From: a virus
Lineage: Duplodnaviria > Caudoviricetes
Length of the DNA stretch: 63,535 nucleotides
Virus record (IMG/VR): IMGVR_UViG_3300021446_000257
Location: 1 to 63,535 of that record
Strand: one strand, 5' to 3'
Shown here: positions 28,249-37,739 of the stretch, piece by piece
How the letters are laid out: each line of letters begins with the position of its first letter
Position numbering within the stretch: position 1 is the first letter of the stretch
The notes under the pieces: model-generated
Database searches by the model: none
Told to the model about the DNA's origin: nothing
What the model saw: only the letters and a program-made list of their open reading frames with translations
Translations under genes and position numbers: made by a program

Positions 28249-29364
28249 TCAATCGTCGCGTTCGGCGAACTGCCGATTCCGCAGCGTCTCTTCCCACTCA
28301 ATCAGGCCGCCGCTACCTCCTCGCTCCCGTTCCCAGACCATCGTCGTCTCGTGGTCAATGAGACCACCCCACGACAAATCGTCCGCAACAGTCCGCATCT
28401 CCACGTCCGGTGGGTGTGTCGACAAGTCCACGACCTGCACGAACTCCTTGACCGTGAACCGGTGGTCGCATGGATCGTCGGCCAACATATCGCCACGCGA
28501 CTCGACAACGAATACCGGCGCGACGTCTTCGAGTGCGTCCTCGTTGTACGGCGGGTCGGTGACGATGTGATCGATGGACTCGTCGTCGTATGCCGCCAGC
28601 ACCTCTTGAAACTCGCCGTGGTGGAGTTGCACGGCCTCGCTGGTTTCGACCGCCGCGCGAAACGTCTCGCGCTGGCGGGCACGACGTTCTTCGTCCTCGG
28701 ATTTTCGTTGCTCTTTTTCGACCGCCTTTTTCGCGCCGGTGATCGTCTGATTGCCGGAGTCGATCTTTTCGACTTGCTCCTGTGCAGTCTCGTCACCGTC
28801 GTTCGCGGCGTCCCATACCGTGCGCGCCTTGTCGTATGTCCGGCCGCTGCCGATGCCGACTTTCTCGGCGATCTCGTCACGGGATTTGTTAGCCTCGCCA
28901 CCCCCACGCCCATCTGCACCTTGTGGAAATTCGTCCACAAGGTCGGTCCGTTCCCCCTGCCGCTCTTTCGCCCGTTGCTCGACGATCTCCCGTATCTCGT
29001 CGGCTTCGGCCATCTTCTGCGAGAACGTCTTTTCGCGCTGGCGGTTGAACTCGATCAGCGCCTCTCGCTCGGCGAGTTCGCTCTCGAAGTCGGCGATCCG
29101 AACCGGGACTTGCTCGATGCCTTCGTTTCGGGCGGCCCGCCACCGCCGATGGCCGCTGATGATCGTTTTGTCCGATTTGATGACGAGCGGTTCGAGTACG
29201 CCGTTCTCGCGGACGCTCTCGGCGATGTCGCCGGCAGGTCCGTCCGCGCCGTAGATATCCTCGTTCTTCGGGTGGGGCGTGAGTTCGTCCACGTTGGCCG
29301 TGGAGACGTCGCCAGGCTCCCAGCCGAGTGTACCCTGCACTACGTCGGCCGTGTTTTCACTCAT
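28249..29364 (-). CDS. ParB/Srx-like domain fused to a truncated DNA amino-methyltransferase
   Basis: ELTPHPKN..IY, GVLEPL, IISGHRRW.A, FNRQREKT; DHIVTDPPY followed by unrelated sequence; start MSENT. Confidence 0.75.
   Translation of the reverse strand: MSENTADVVQGTLGWEPGDVSTANVDELTPHPKNEDIYGADGPAGDIAESVRENGVLEPLVIKSDKTIISGHRRWRAARNEGIEQVPVRIADFESELAEREALIEFNRQREKTFSQKMAEADEIREIVEQRAKERQGERTDLVDEFPQGADGRGGGEANKSRDEIAEKVGIGSGRTYDKARTVWDAANDGDETAQEQVEKIDSGNQTITGAKKAVEKEQRKSEDEERRARQRETFRAAVETSEAVQLHHGEFQEVLAAYDDESIDHIVTDPPYNEDALEDVAPVFVVESRGDMLADDPCDHRFTVKEFVQVVDLSTHPPDVEMRTVADDLSWGGLIDHETTMVWERERGGSGGLIEWEETLRNRQFAERDD
28251..28348. repeat. 98-bp direct repeat, copy B (3' end of the ParB-MTase ORF)
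   Basis: See copy A. Confidence 0.95.
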
Positions 29365-29384
29365 AAATTGTGGGGTGTGGGTGG

Positions 29385-29798
29385 TTACTGACCGCGGTCG
29401 CCGTACAGCACGGCCGTCTCGCGGTCGTCGATCACGTTTTCGAGCAGGTGGGTCTCGACTTCGCTCGCCGTGGCGAAGTTGTCGAGATTGATCGCGTCGA
29501 CCGCCCGGCACTCCTCGGCCTCGTCGGGCGGGTGGACCGTCCAGACGTTCGCGAGGCCGTCGCTGATGGTGCTGTTGTAGAGCTTGTAGCCGTAGACCTC
29601 GACCCACGCACCGTGGGCGTGCCCTCCGGCCATCATTTCAGCGAGAACGTCCGCGACCGACCAGCCGTCGTCGCTCGGCACCGACATATGCACGTCGTCG
29701 GGGTCGTTGCGGTCGTAGCCGCCGACGACCGCGCGCTCGGCGACCTCCGAGAGTTCCTCGTGGAGGTCGTGTGGCGACGTGATCGGGTCGGTGCTCAT
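29385..29798 (-). CDS. Hypothetical protein
   Basis: Acidic ORF with coupling. Confidence 0.65.
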   Translation of the reverse strand: MSTDPITSPHDLHEELSEVAERAVVGGYDRNDPDDVHMSVPSDDGWSVADVLAEMMAGGHAHGAWVEVYGYKLYNSTISDGLANVWTVHPPDEAEECRAVDAINLDNFATASEVETHLLENVIDDRETAVLYGDRGQ

Positions 29799-30163
29799 GG
29801 CGCACCGCCTTCGTCGGGACTGCTCGAATCCACGACCTCGCAGGCGAGCAGCGTCAGTCGTGCGGACTGGGTGGCGCAGTCATGGGTCACGGCGAGTCGA
29901 GACCCGGCCGCGACCTCCTCGGTGCCGCGCGTCCCGGCCCGGAGTGCATGCTCCGAACACCGCTCGCAGTACACCGCGGGCACGTCCCACAACTGCGCGT
30001 CGGCAGCTCGGTAGGCGTAGACCGTCACCGAGTCACCCTCGCGGAGCACGGTGCCACACTGCCGGCAGAGCGTCTTGCCGCCGACGCCGACGGGGTGGCC
30101 GTCGAGAACCTGCCGGACGGACTCGGCGGCCATCGCATCCGCGCCGGACGTATCGGTGCTCAT
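29795..30163 (-). CDS. Hypothetical Zn-binding protein (paralogue of 10906-11253)
   Basis: VRQVLDG..CRQC..LREG..W....YC. Confidence 0.7.
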   Translation of the reverse strand: MSTDTSGADAMAAESVRQVLDGHPVGVGGKTLCRQCGTVLREGDSVTVYAYRAADAQLWDVPAVYCERCSEHALRAGTRGTEEVAAGSRLAVTHDCATQSARLTLLACEVVDSSSPDEGGAP

Positions 30164-30269
30164 CCGTCAAACCCCCATTTTTCGTCCGCTCTTTCCTTGT
30201 TATGAAGCATCGGCCGGACACACCGACCATCGCAGTTCTCGCGGTGACACTCGCGAGCGCTCTCGAAGC

Positions 30270-30638
30270 TCATCGGTCGGCCTCCTTGCGCTCGGCCACG
30301 CGGATCGCGGCGGTCGCGTTCGCCGGGTGCTCGCGCTGCAGTCGCTCGCCACGCTCGAACGCACGCCGGATCTCGCGGATGGTGTACACGTCGGCGAGCT
30401 CGTTGCGAACGTCCGCGCCGGAGTACACGCCGACGACGTGCGTTGGCGTCGTGCCGTCGAAGCGCCACCCGTCGGGGGTGAGCGCGAACGTCTCGCAGAA
30501 GATCACCGCCGCACCGTCGAGTGCCACGGGCGTCGCCGAGGCGGTGTCGATGCGGCGCTCGGTGGCGGTGTGGTTGGTAGCCGGTTCAGCCGTCTCGTTG
30601 GCGGTAGGTTTGAGTACCGCCGGTTCTAACGCGCTCAT
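30270..30638 (-). CDS. Hypothetical protein
   Basis: Start MSALEP preceded by a double-hairpin leader. Confidence 0.6.
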   Translation of the reverse strand: MSALEPAVLKPTANETAEPATNHTATERRIDTASATPVALDGAAVIFCETFALTPDGWRFDGTTPTHVVGVYSGADVRNELADVYTIREIRRAFERGERLQREHPANATAAIRVAERKEADR

Positions 30639-30830
30639 GGGCTTGCAACATCGCAGTGAGAAGCCCACGGTCGGGCGCTGTGACCGCCCGGCCACTTCCT
30701 GTGGCCGCCGTGAACTCCTCAGCGATACGTTGGCCCCCACCCACTTAACTCTTTACGAGGTAAATAGACATAGAAACGCTGTACGAAACGCTTTTGTTAA
30801 ACGCGGTACTATTAAGCATGTGAACCAGTT

Positions 30831-31064
30831 ATGAGCGTTGCAAGGATGGCTGACGCCGACAAACTCGACGAATTGCACATGACAATTCTTGGCGAGTTGA
30901 GCGAAGGCCGTGGCACGCCGAGTTTTATCGGGAAGCGAGTCGGTGAGAGTCGGCAATTAGTTTCGAACCGTCTCCACGACCTCATAATGGCTGACCTCGC
31001 CGAGAAGGTCGATACTGGTTTGTACGAAATCACCGACAAAGGCCGCAACGCGCTCGACGACTGA
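30831..31064 (+). CDS. Winged-helix (MarR/phiH1-repressor-like) regulator
   Basis: ILGELSEGRGTP......SRQLVSNRL..L......VDTGLYEITDKG; AT-rich divergent promoter with three AAACGC repeats. Confidence 0.82.
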   Translation: MSVARMADADKLDELHMTILGELSEGRGTPSFIGKRVGESRQLVSNRLHDLIMADLAEKVDTGLYEITDKGRNALDD

Positions 31065-31113
31065 ATCCGTCGCTGCTACTCACGAGCCATCACCCGCGAG
31101 GTCGGCAAGCGCC

Positions 31114-31488
31114 CTACGCTACGTTATTCCCTTGAGTGAGTTGGGCGCGGATCGCGGTGGCGAGCTCCCGTCCGTCACCGCCGGCGAACTGAAACTCCTC
31201 GTCGACACCGGGGCCTTCGAGCTCAATCTCGGACGCTTTGCCCATCGCCTGTGTCCGATAGTCAACCTGCGAAACTCTGGCGAGGTCGATGTCCGAAAGG
31301 TACTCTGAAAACCACAGTTTTCGGTAGCGTATCAGGCGCTCGTTCGTCACGATGAAGTATGGAAAGAAGCGGGCGAAAAACCCCGCACTGCGCGCCGCGA
31401 GAACGAACGACTCCTCAGGCAAGAGCAGTGATTCGATCTGCTGACGAGCCTTTGTATCCAGTTCATCCAACGAGTTATAGATCGCCAT
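31114..31488 (-). CDS. Bacterial-type PH-domain protein
   Basis: LLPEE....A, IVTNERLI, I.L..V..V motifs. Confidence 0.72.
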   Translation of the reverse strand: MAIYNSLDELDTKARQQIESLLLPEESFVLAARSAGFFARFFPYFIVTNERLIRYRKLWFSEYLSDIDLARVSQVDYRTQAMGKASEIELEGPGVDEEFQFAGGDGRELATAIRAQLTQGNNVA

Positions 31489-31520
31489 TGGATTGTGCTA
31501 CGGGCAGAAATGTAATAAAA

Positions 31521-31631
31521 CTACGCCGTTGGGCCTGTTGGCTTTCGGCCACGTCTCTTGTCTTCCTGGAGAGCTTCGTTGACGTAGCTCTTGATTTCGC
31601 TCTTGCTCGCGTCCGAACCAGTGGCGTCAAC
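31521..31631 (-). pseudogene. Remnant second copy of the tape-measure C-terminus
   Basis: VDATGSDASKSEIKSYVNEALQEDKRRGRKPTGPTA*; 26/36 aa identical to the TMP end (32329-32439). Confidence 0.85.
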
Positions 31632-31744
31632 TGCCCCGCCTTGACGCTCGCCGTTGCGGTCGTGAGCACCGTGGTTCAGGTCGTGCGGGAGATACCTCCC
31701 TCCGCCAAATCTTTTTACCGGTTCGGGTGGCATGGTAAAGGAAC

Positions 31745-32332
31745 ATGGCGATCTTCGGGAACGACGATGGCGACGGCACGCTCGGGTACGAACCGCGCGG
31801 CGAAACCGTCACGCAGAAGCGCATCGACAAGCTCGGCGGCGTTCTTGAACCGGACGAGCGCGTGGAGTTCGTGACCGCCGGTACGACCATCGATGTCGAA
31901 GGGGCTGGATCGGGCTCGTCCTTGTTCGGGAACGACCGCTCGCGGAAGACCGGCACTCGTGGGTACGTTCGCGCCGCGTTCACCGACGAGCGGGTTGCCG
32001 TCAAGATCCCACAGTGGACCGGCAGCGACGAGCGGACCATCCCGTACCGGAACGTCCTCGGGATCGATCTCGACACCGGACTCGTGAAGAACCGGATTTC
32101 GATTCAGACGCCAGGACCAACGTACCACATCGAGGTGGACAAGCCCGGCAAAGACGAGTGTCGCGAACTCGTCCGGTACGTCCGCGATCGTGTTGAGAGT
32201 GAGCAGCAGGACGGTAGCGATGACGCCGACCCCACCGAACAACTCCAACGCGTGAAAGAGTTGCACGATGATGGTGTACTGTCTGAATCGGAGTACGAGG
32301 AGAAACGCGCCGAACTGCTCGATCGGATCTAA
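31745..32332 (+). CDS. PH-domain plus SHOCT-domain protein
   Basis: LEPDERV, FTDERV, IPY..V..I; C-terminal LQRVKELHDDGVLSESEYEEKRAELL. Confidence 0.82.
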   Translation: MAIFGNDDGDGTLGYEPRGETVTQKRIDKLGGVLEPDERVEFVTAGTTIDVEGAGSGSSLFGNDRSRKTGTRGYVRAAFTDERVAVKIPQWTGSDERTIPYRNVLGIDLDTGLVKNRISIQTPGPTYHIEVDKPGKDECRELVRYVRDRVESEQQDGSDDADPTEQLQRVKELHDDGVLSESEYEEKRAELLDRI

Positions 32333-34737
32333 GCTGTTGGTCCGTCGCGCTTTCGCTGGCGTTTGGCGTCCTCTTCAAGCGCCTTCTCGACGTAGCTTTT
32401 GATTTCGCCCTTGCTTGCATCCGAACCACGCGCATCCACCGAGATTTGTGGTTCGTAGTTCGTAACGTTGTTCTCGACGTTCTGTGTGGTGTCACCACCG
32501 CTACCAGGGACTGGTTCCGGCTTCGGGGCGGCGGGGCCGGGTCCGGGGCCACTCGGACCACCACCACCGGACGTGCCCGGTCCTTCGTCGTCACCGCCAC
32601 CGCCGCCACCGCCGCCGCTACCGAGTGTTCCATCAACGTTCGTTTTGGCCCCGGAGAGATCCACCTTGTCGAAGTCGATCGGTTCGATATTGGTGGCGAT
32701 ATTCACGCCAGGGATCTTGTTCGCTGTGTCGATGAGTGTGGAGAGTGCTTTCAATGCGACATTGATGGCACCGACGAGGAATTTGCCCACGAGGTTTACG
32801 ACAGTCTCAACGATTGATACCAGCCCGTTGAACGCGGTCTGGACTAACATGATTGCGTCATCCCAGAGGTTGAAATATGAGAGTGCGAGAGCTACGGCCG
32901 TGCCGAGCGCGAGGATCAACGTCACGGGCCCGCCGAGAATCGCGACAAGCGTGGAGAGGGGCATGGCCACAATGGAGAGGATCCCCGAGAGACTACCGAA
33001 GACGCCGATGACTGACGACACCGCGCCCACAAGCGTCGACCCCGCACTGACGATGCCCATGACCGGACCGACGAGCGCGAGAGCAGTGGCGGCCAAAAGC
33101 CCGAGCGCGATAACTCCCTGCTGGATGGGTGTCGGGAGAGCGTTGAAGAACTGCAACGCCGGTCTGATAATACCGACCAGCAGGCCGATAGCAGGCACGA
33201 CAACCGAAAGGATCGTCATCCCGAACTCGGTTGTGGGGCCGATGAGTGAGAGCAGACTGCCCCCAAGCGAGTTCAACTCCGGCATCAACTCAAGCGTCAC
33301 GTCCGTCATATACTCGATCCCCGCGGGGATCGCGCCCGTGAGCCAGATCGCCAAGTCGCCGAGTGCCGGAGCCAATCGCGTCGCCGAGTCCGACAGCGCG
33401 GCGAAGAAGGCCGGTTCGTTCGACCAGAAGGCGCTTGACACGACCGCGCCCACGGGTGAGAGCGCTCGGAACAGTTCTTCGGCGGTGCGGGCCGCATCGC
33501 CGAGAAGGTGGACGCCACCGGCGAGGGTGTCGGTGGCGAAGTCCTGAAAGATGGGTTGCTGGAGGGGTGCTAACGCCTCTTTGGCCGCATCCTTGAACGG
33601 AGCGAGAACGACGGATAGCGCCTCGCTAGTATCTTCGACGCGCTTCAGCTCACCGTCAACCCTCTGAACAGTGCCCACCAACTCCTCGGCTTGTCCGAGG
33701 AGGCCGCCGAACAGCGCGCCGAAGCCGACGCCGGCGAGCGCGCCACCGGCGACCACGAGGCCGCCGAGCGCCGTCCCGAGGGCGAGGACGGGGCCGAGCG
33801 CCGCACCAGCAAGCGCGCCGATACCGAGGAGGCCGCCACGAACGCCGAAGAAACTGGTCGAAAAGCCCGACGCGCCCATCGCGCTCGAAAGTGCCGCGAC
33901 GCCGGTCGCCGCTTCGGCACTCTCGTCACCGACTTCGTCGGCACTCGACGAGAACGCACGCAGACCAGGTACCGCACTGAGCGCCGAGTCGCCCGCTTCG
34001 TCCTCGCTCGATGCGAACGCCCGAAGGCCGGGCACCGCACTGAATGCGGAGTCGCCGGTGTCGTCGAGACTCTCGGTCAGGACGCTGTTCGTGAGCGTGG
34101 ACGTGCTTTCGGCGGCCTCCTCGGCGGCGTCGTCCGTCCGGGAGAGCACGTCGGGCTTGAGTCGGTCGAACGGCGAGTCGGGGAGTCTATCGAGCGCGCT
34201 TTCGAGTCGCCCGGTCTCCTCGATCGCGTTCTCCGCGTCGAGGTTCGCGGTGAGCGTGGCTGGCCCGCCCGTGTCGAAGTCCAGCCCCGACGTATCGGGC
34301 ATCGCGGCCAGCGAGGTGCCGACGCTCACGCTGCCCCCGTCGGGCATCGTTGGTACGCCGTCCGGTCCGTCGACGCCGAAGTCGGCGGTCCCGCCGAGTG
34401 CGCCCGCAGCCGGGAGCGTGGCGAGCGACGCCGACAGTCCCGCGACCTCGCGGCCCGCCTCGCTCGCTTCGTCGCCCAGTTCGTCGGTGCGTTCCTGCGT
34501 GGCCGTCAGTCCAGCCGCCGCCTCGGCCGTGTCGTCGGCGAGCCCGCCGAGACTGCTCGCCAGCCCGGCGGCCGACTCCTCGGTCTCGTCGAGCTGGCTC
34601 TCGAACGCCGCGCCCGACGATGCACCCGTGGCGAAGGCCCCGGCGACGCCGAGCGCCGCGTCGCGCGATTCTTCGAGCGACGAGACCAAGCCGCGAGACT
34701 GGCCCCTGACGATCGCGTTCAGTATCTCGTCGCTCAC
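32329..34737 (-). CDS. Tail tape measure protein
   Basis: 802 aa, Ala/Gly/Leu-rich helical with hydrophobic stretches; follows chaperone genes. Confidence 0.88.
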   Translation of the reverse strand: MSDEILNAIVRGQSRGLVSSLEESRDAALGVAGAFATGASSGAAFESQLDETEESAAGLASSLGGLADDTAEAAAGLTATQERTDELGDEASEAGREVAGLSASLATLPAAGALGGTADFGVDGPDGVPTMPDGGSVSVGTSLAAMPDTSGLDFDTGGPATLTANLDAENAIEETGRLESALDRLPDSPFDRLKPDVLSRTDDAAEEAAESTSTLTNSVLTESLDDTGDSAFSAVPGLRAFASSEDEAGDSALSAVPGLRAFSSSADEVGDESAEAATGVAALSSAMGASGFSTSFFGVRGGLLGIGALAGAALGPVLALGTALGGLVVAGGALAGVGFGALFGGLLGQAEELVGTVQRVDGELKRVEDTSEALSVVLAPFKDAAKEALAPLQQPIFQDFATDTLAGGVHLLGDAARTAEELFRALSPVGAVVSSAFWSNEPAFFAALSDSATRLAPALGDLAIWLTGAIPAGIEYMTDVTLELMPELNSLGGSLLSLIGPTTEFGMTILSVVVPAIGLLVGIIRPALQFFNALPTPIQQGVIALGLLAATALALVGPVMGIVSAGSTLVGAVSSVIGVFGSLSGILSIVAMPLSTLVAILGGPVTLILALGTAVALALSYFNLWDDAIMLVQTAFNGLVSIVETVVNLVGKFLVGAINVALKALSTLIDTANKIPGVNIATNIEPIDFDKVDLSGAKTNVDGTLGSGGGGGGGGDDEGPGTSGGGGPSGPGPGPAAPKPEPVPGSGGDTTQNVENNVTNYEPQISVDARGSDASKGEIKSYVEKALEEDAKRQRKRDGPTA

Positions 34738-34866
34738 GATATGCTGGAATTGTGATACCGCCGTGTTTTGCTAACTCGTCTGAAAGATCGAAACCGCCAC
34801 ACGCCCGCCGAGTAGTTGGATTTCCAAGAAAGGGATCAGCGGAGTATCGTTCTGTATCGAAAGTTG

Positions 34867-35049
34867 TCAATTCGCCCGGCGTTGGGCACGTTTCTCTGCT
34901 GCGCGTTCGCGTTCTTCGCGCTCGCGGCGTGCGGTATGGAAGAACTCCGACTGATAGGCGTAGAGGTCCCGCGGCGACTCGGCATTGGGAAACCCACCGA
35001 GGGTTTCGATCTCCTCAAGGAGCATCTGCCCGCGATCACTTTTAGCGAA
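34867..35049 (-). CDS. Tail assembly chaperone extension reached by a putative +1 frameshift
   Basis: TTT-CGC-TAA at the chaperone end; +1 frame open for 60 sense codons (FAKSDRGQMLLEEIETLGG...RRAN*). Confidence 0.65.
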   Translation of the reverse strand, partial: FAKSDRGQMLLEEIETLGGFPNAESPRDLYAYQSEFFHTARREREERERAAEKRAQRRAN

Positions 35050-35782
35050 AGCCGGTGATCTCGTCGCCCGCTTCGGAGAGTTCGATCACCCGCCCGATGA
35101 CGTCGTTGAGTTGGATCTCACCCATCTTCTCGACCACGGTACGAGTATCCTCTTTCGGGAGCGGCCCCATCGCGTCGTCCTCGGCGGGCGCGGATTCGAG
35201 GGATTCGACGGCCGCGTCTTCGAATACCCGCCGGCCCTCGCCGTCGAGTTGGAGGTCCGATCGGTCGATCTCGCATTCTTCAGACTGGAGGAACGCCTGG
35301 AGGTCGGCCTCGTCGGTTTCCTCGCGGTCGGGAGCTTCGCCGTGTTCGGCCTCGTAGTTCTCGGCGTACGCCTCCCAAAGCTCGCTCGTCCCCGACGGGG
35401 CGGCGCTCCGAAGGTCGCTTAGCCAGTCCTTCGAGATCGGATGCACGCGGTAGCGGAGCAGACCGTATGGCGTCTCGACGAAGCGCTCCTCGCTCACGTC
35501 GCGGTCGTCGTCGGCCAGCAGTTGCTCCATGATCTCGTGTTGGGTTTGGCTCTGCTGGCGGAACTCGCGGCGAGCCTCCGAGCGAGGGCCGTCGCCGCTG
35601 TCGCTATCGCTACCGCGCGCGTTGCCGTCGTCCGTGGCGTCGTCGTGTGTGCTGCGAGGACGCCTCTCGTAGCCCGTGGCGTCGTGGCTGTCGCGTGAGG
35701 TCTGTCGATCATCACGCGCGTCACGAGTGTCCTGCTGGTGCTGCTCGTCGCGGCGTCGATCGGTGGGTGTGGATTCGGACAT
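35042..35782 (-). CDS. Tail assembly chaperone
   Basis: Between tube and TMP; acidic. Confidence 0.72.
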   Translation of the reverse strand: MSESTPTDRRRDEQHQQDTRDARDDRQTSRDSHDATGYERRPRSTHDDATDDGNARGSDSDSGDGPRSEARREFRQQSQTQHEIMEQLLADDDRDVSEERFVETPYGLLRYRVHPISKDWLSDLRSAAPSGTSELWEAYAENYEAEHGEAPDREETDEADLQAFLQSEECEIDRSDLQLDGEGRRVFEDAAVESLESAPAEDDAMGPLPKEDTRTVVEKMGEIQLNDVIGRVIELSEAGDEITGFR

Positions 35783-35814
35783 GGATTAATCCGAAGTAAG
35801 CAGGGCAGGGTGGT

Positions 35815-36192
35815 TCACGTTCGGCGGTAGCGATCGGCCTCGAAACTCACCGAGGTCACGGTCTTGCCGTCGTTCTCGTACTCGCGGTCGAGACTCGGGA
35901 CGACGCCGGAAAAGCGGTGGCCGTTCTCCTCGCCGCGGATATGCACGACGATCCCTTCGCGGGCACGGCCGTTCGGCCGAAAGAGTTGCTGTTCGAGTTC
36001 CTCGTTTGAGCCCTCGGCCTCGAGTTCCCCCGAGAGTTCTTGGCCGGTCGTGGCCGAGTCCTCGAAGTAGTTGTCGTCGAACTTCGACGCTGCACGCTGG
36101 GTGTCGTTCGAGAAGCTCTTGCTCGTCGCCGGGATGCGATTGCCGTTGACGGTAATTGAACTATCACGTCCGGTTTCGTTTCTGTCAACCAT
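35815..36192 (-). CDS. Tail tube protein
   Basis: 125 aa beta-rich ORF after sheath. Confidence 0.78.
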   Translation of the reverse strand: MVDRNETGRDSSITVNGNRIPATSKSFSNDTQRAASKFDDNYFEDSATTGQELSGELEAEGSNEELEQQLFRPNGRAREGIVVHIRGEENGHRFSGVVPSLDREYENDGKTVTSVSFEADRYRRT

Positions 36193-36263
36193 GTGTGTTG
36201 GTCCTGTTGGTCCTGTTGGTGGGGCTGCTGTTGGTGGTTAAGCGAGACGCCGCGAGTGCGGGC

Positions 36264-37670
36264 TTAGACCGTGGCCGTGACGCCATCGAGCGTCGTGTCG
36301 ACGACGATCTGGCCCGAAACGTCCTTGATGACGCCCGTCGGCCGGAACCCGGCCGCGATGTTGATGGTCGAATTGTCGGCGCGAGTCACCTCGCAGTAAA
36401 ACGGCTGGTTGTCTTCGCTGTCCTGATTTTGGTTCTGGCCACCCTCGGCAGCCGTGTCAGGGCTCCCCGCGATGAGGTTGCGCCGGGCGAGGTCCTCGAA
36501 CTCGTCGAGGATGCGTTGTTTCGTCTCGTCGATGATGAGGTCGCCCGCGAGTTCGTCGCGGGCCGCCTCGCCGTGCCGACGGATCATGAGGAGCACCACG
36601 TCGGCGATCCGACGGTTCTGGAACGTGCGTGCCCAGTCGGTCGCTGTTGATGTGGACTGGTTGCTTTCGATGGTGATGCCACCCTCGCCGTCGGTGGCTG
36701 AATCGAGAATGGGGATCACCTGCTGGTCGAGCAGCGTGTTCAACTCGCCGTTGTCGCCGAGGCTGAACTGCTGGGTGAGCGCGCCGTAGCCCTGGATGGT
36801 GTCGCCGTAGATCGGGTTTTCGAGGCCGTGGCCCGCCGCCATGCCCCCGATCCCACCGAGGACTGTCCGCGGCGACGTATTCCCTTGCAGGCGAACGCCG
36901 ATCGGCGCGAACAGCGCGCCGTTGTCGAGATTGTCCGAGTAGGCGTCGGCGTCGACGGTCGCCTCGCCATCGGTATTGGTGGCGTTTGGCTGTGCGCCCG
37001 CGAAGCCCGAGATCATCTTCCACGTCGGTCGGAGTTCGTCGAGTTTCGCACTCAAGGCGCTGGCGACGCTCTCGGCTTCTGAGAGCACCTGATACACGCC
37101 GAGCTCGTAGTGATTCAACACGCCGTCGGCGGCGTCGAGGGCGGCCTGCCAGTCGAGATACGGGTACGAGACGGTGTACGTCACCGTATCGTCCGCGCCC
37201 GTCGCCTGTCCGCTCTCGGGGTTGATCGCCAACCCGGAGCTCGGTTGGGTCGGCGGGTCATCGAATCCGAAGTTCACGTCGACATCGGTGGTGCCACCGC
37301 CGCCGTCGGGTTTCGTGACGGTGATGGCCGACAGCGACTCAACGATCGGGGCATTGGCGAGTGTGCCACTGCCGTCGATAGTCTCGCCGGTGACGGCGAC
37401 CTCCTCGGGCATCACGCCGTAGAGAAAGTCGTCGTTCGCGCCGTTCAGACTCGCCTTTTCGAGCTGGGTCTGGAGTTCGGAACCGCGACCGAACTCCTCG
37501 GCGAAGTCCGCCGTGGCGCTGGCGTTGATCGGTTCGTTGGGCGATGCTGCTGCGGTCGGGTCCCCGCGGCCGAAGACCACGAGCTTGCGCTCGGTCCCGA
37601 CGACGGTGTTTTGCACACCGCCGCCGATGAGGTCCAGTGAGACGCCGGGACTGTAGCCGAAAACAACCAT
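36264..37670 (-). CDS. Tail sheath protein
   Basis: PGVS N-terminus, FGRGSEL, C-terminal RRIADVV; contractile-tail gene order. Confidence 0.87.
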   Translation of the reverse strand: MVVFGYSPGVSLDLIGGGVQNTVVGTERKLVVFGRGDPTAAASPNEPINASATADFAEEFGRGSELQTQLEKASLNGANDDFLYGVMPEEVAVTGETIDGSGTLANAPIVESLSAITVTKPDGGGGTTDVDVNFGFDDPPTQPSSGLAINPESGQATGADDTVTYTVSYPYLDWQAALDAADGVLNHYELGVYQVLSEAESVASALSAKLDELRPTWKMISGFAGAQPNATNTDGEATVDADAYSDNLDNGALFAPIGVRLQGNTSPRTVLGGIGGMAAGHGLENPIYGDTIQGYGALTQQFSLGDNGELNTLLDQQVIPILDSATDGEGGITIESNQSTSTATDWARTFQNRRIADVVLLMIRRHGEAARDELAGDLIIDETKQRILDEFEDLARRNLIAGSPDTAAEGGQNQNQDSEDNQPFYCEVTRADNSTINIAAGFRPTGVIKDVSGQIVVDTTLDGVTATV

Positions 37671-37739
37671 GTTGTTGATGTGTCTCGTTGTGTTGGGTTC
37701 TGCGAAGTGATTGACAGCGGTGCTGCGGTCGCGTCGCGT

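Noticed and set aside
26396-28348. Diversity-generating retroelement (TR/VR pair) or invertible fibre segment
   Set aside because: No reverse transcriptase or invertase; repeats are direct, differ at one base and lie outside the fibre gene
36196-36240. Short CTGTTGGT tandem repeat between sheath and tube genes
   Set aside because: Low-complexity spacer with no supportable function
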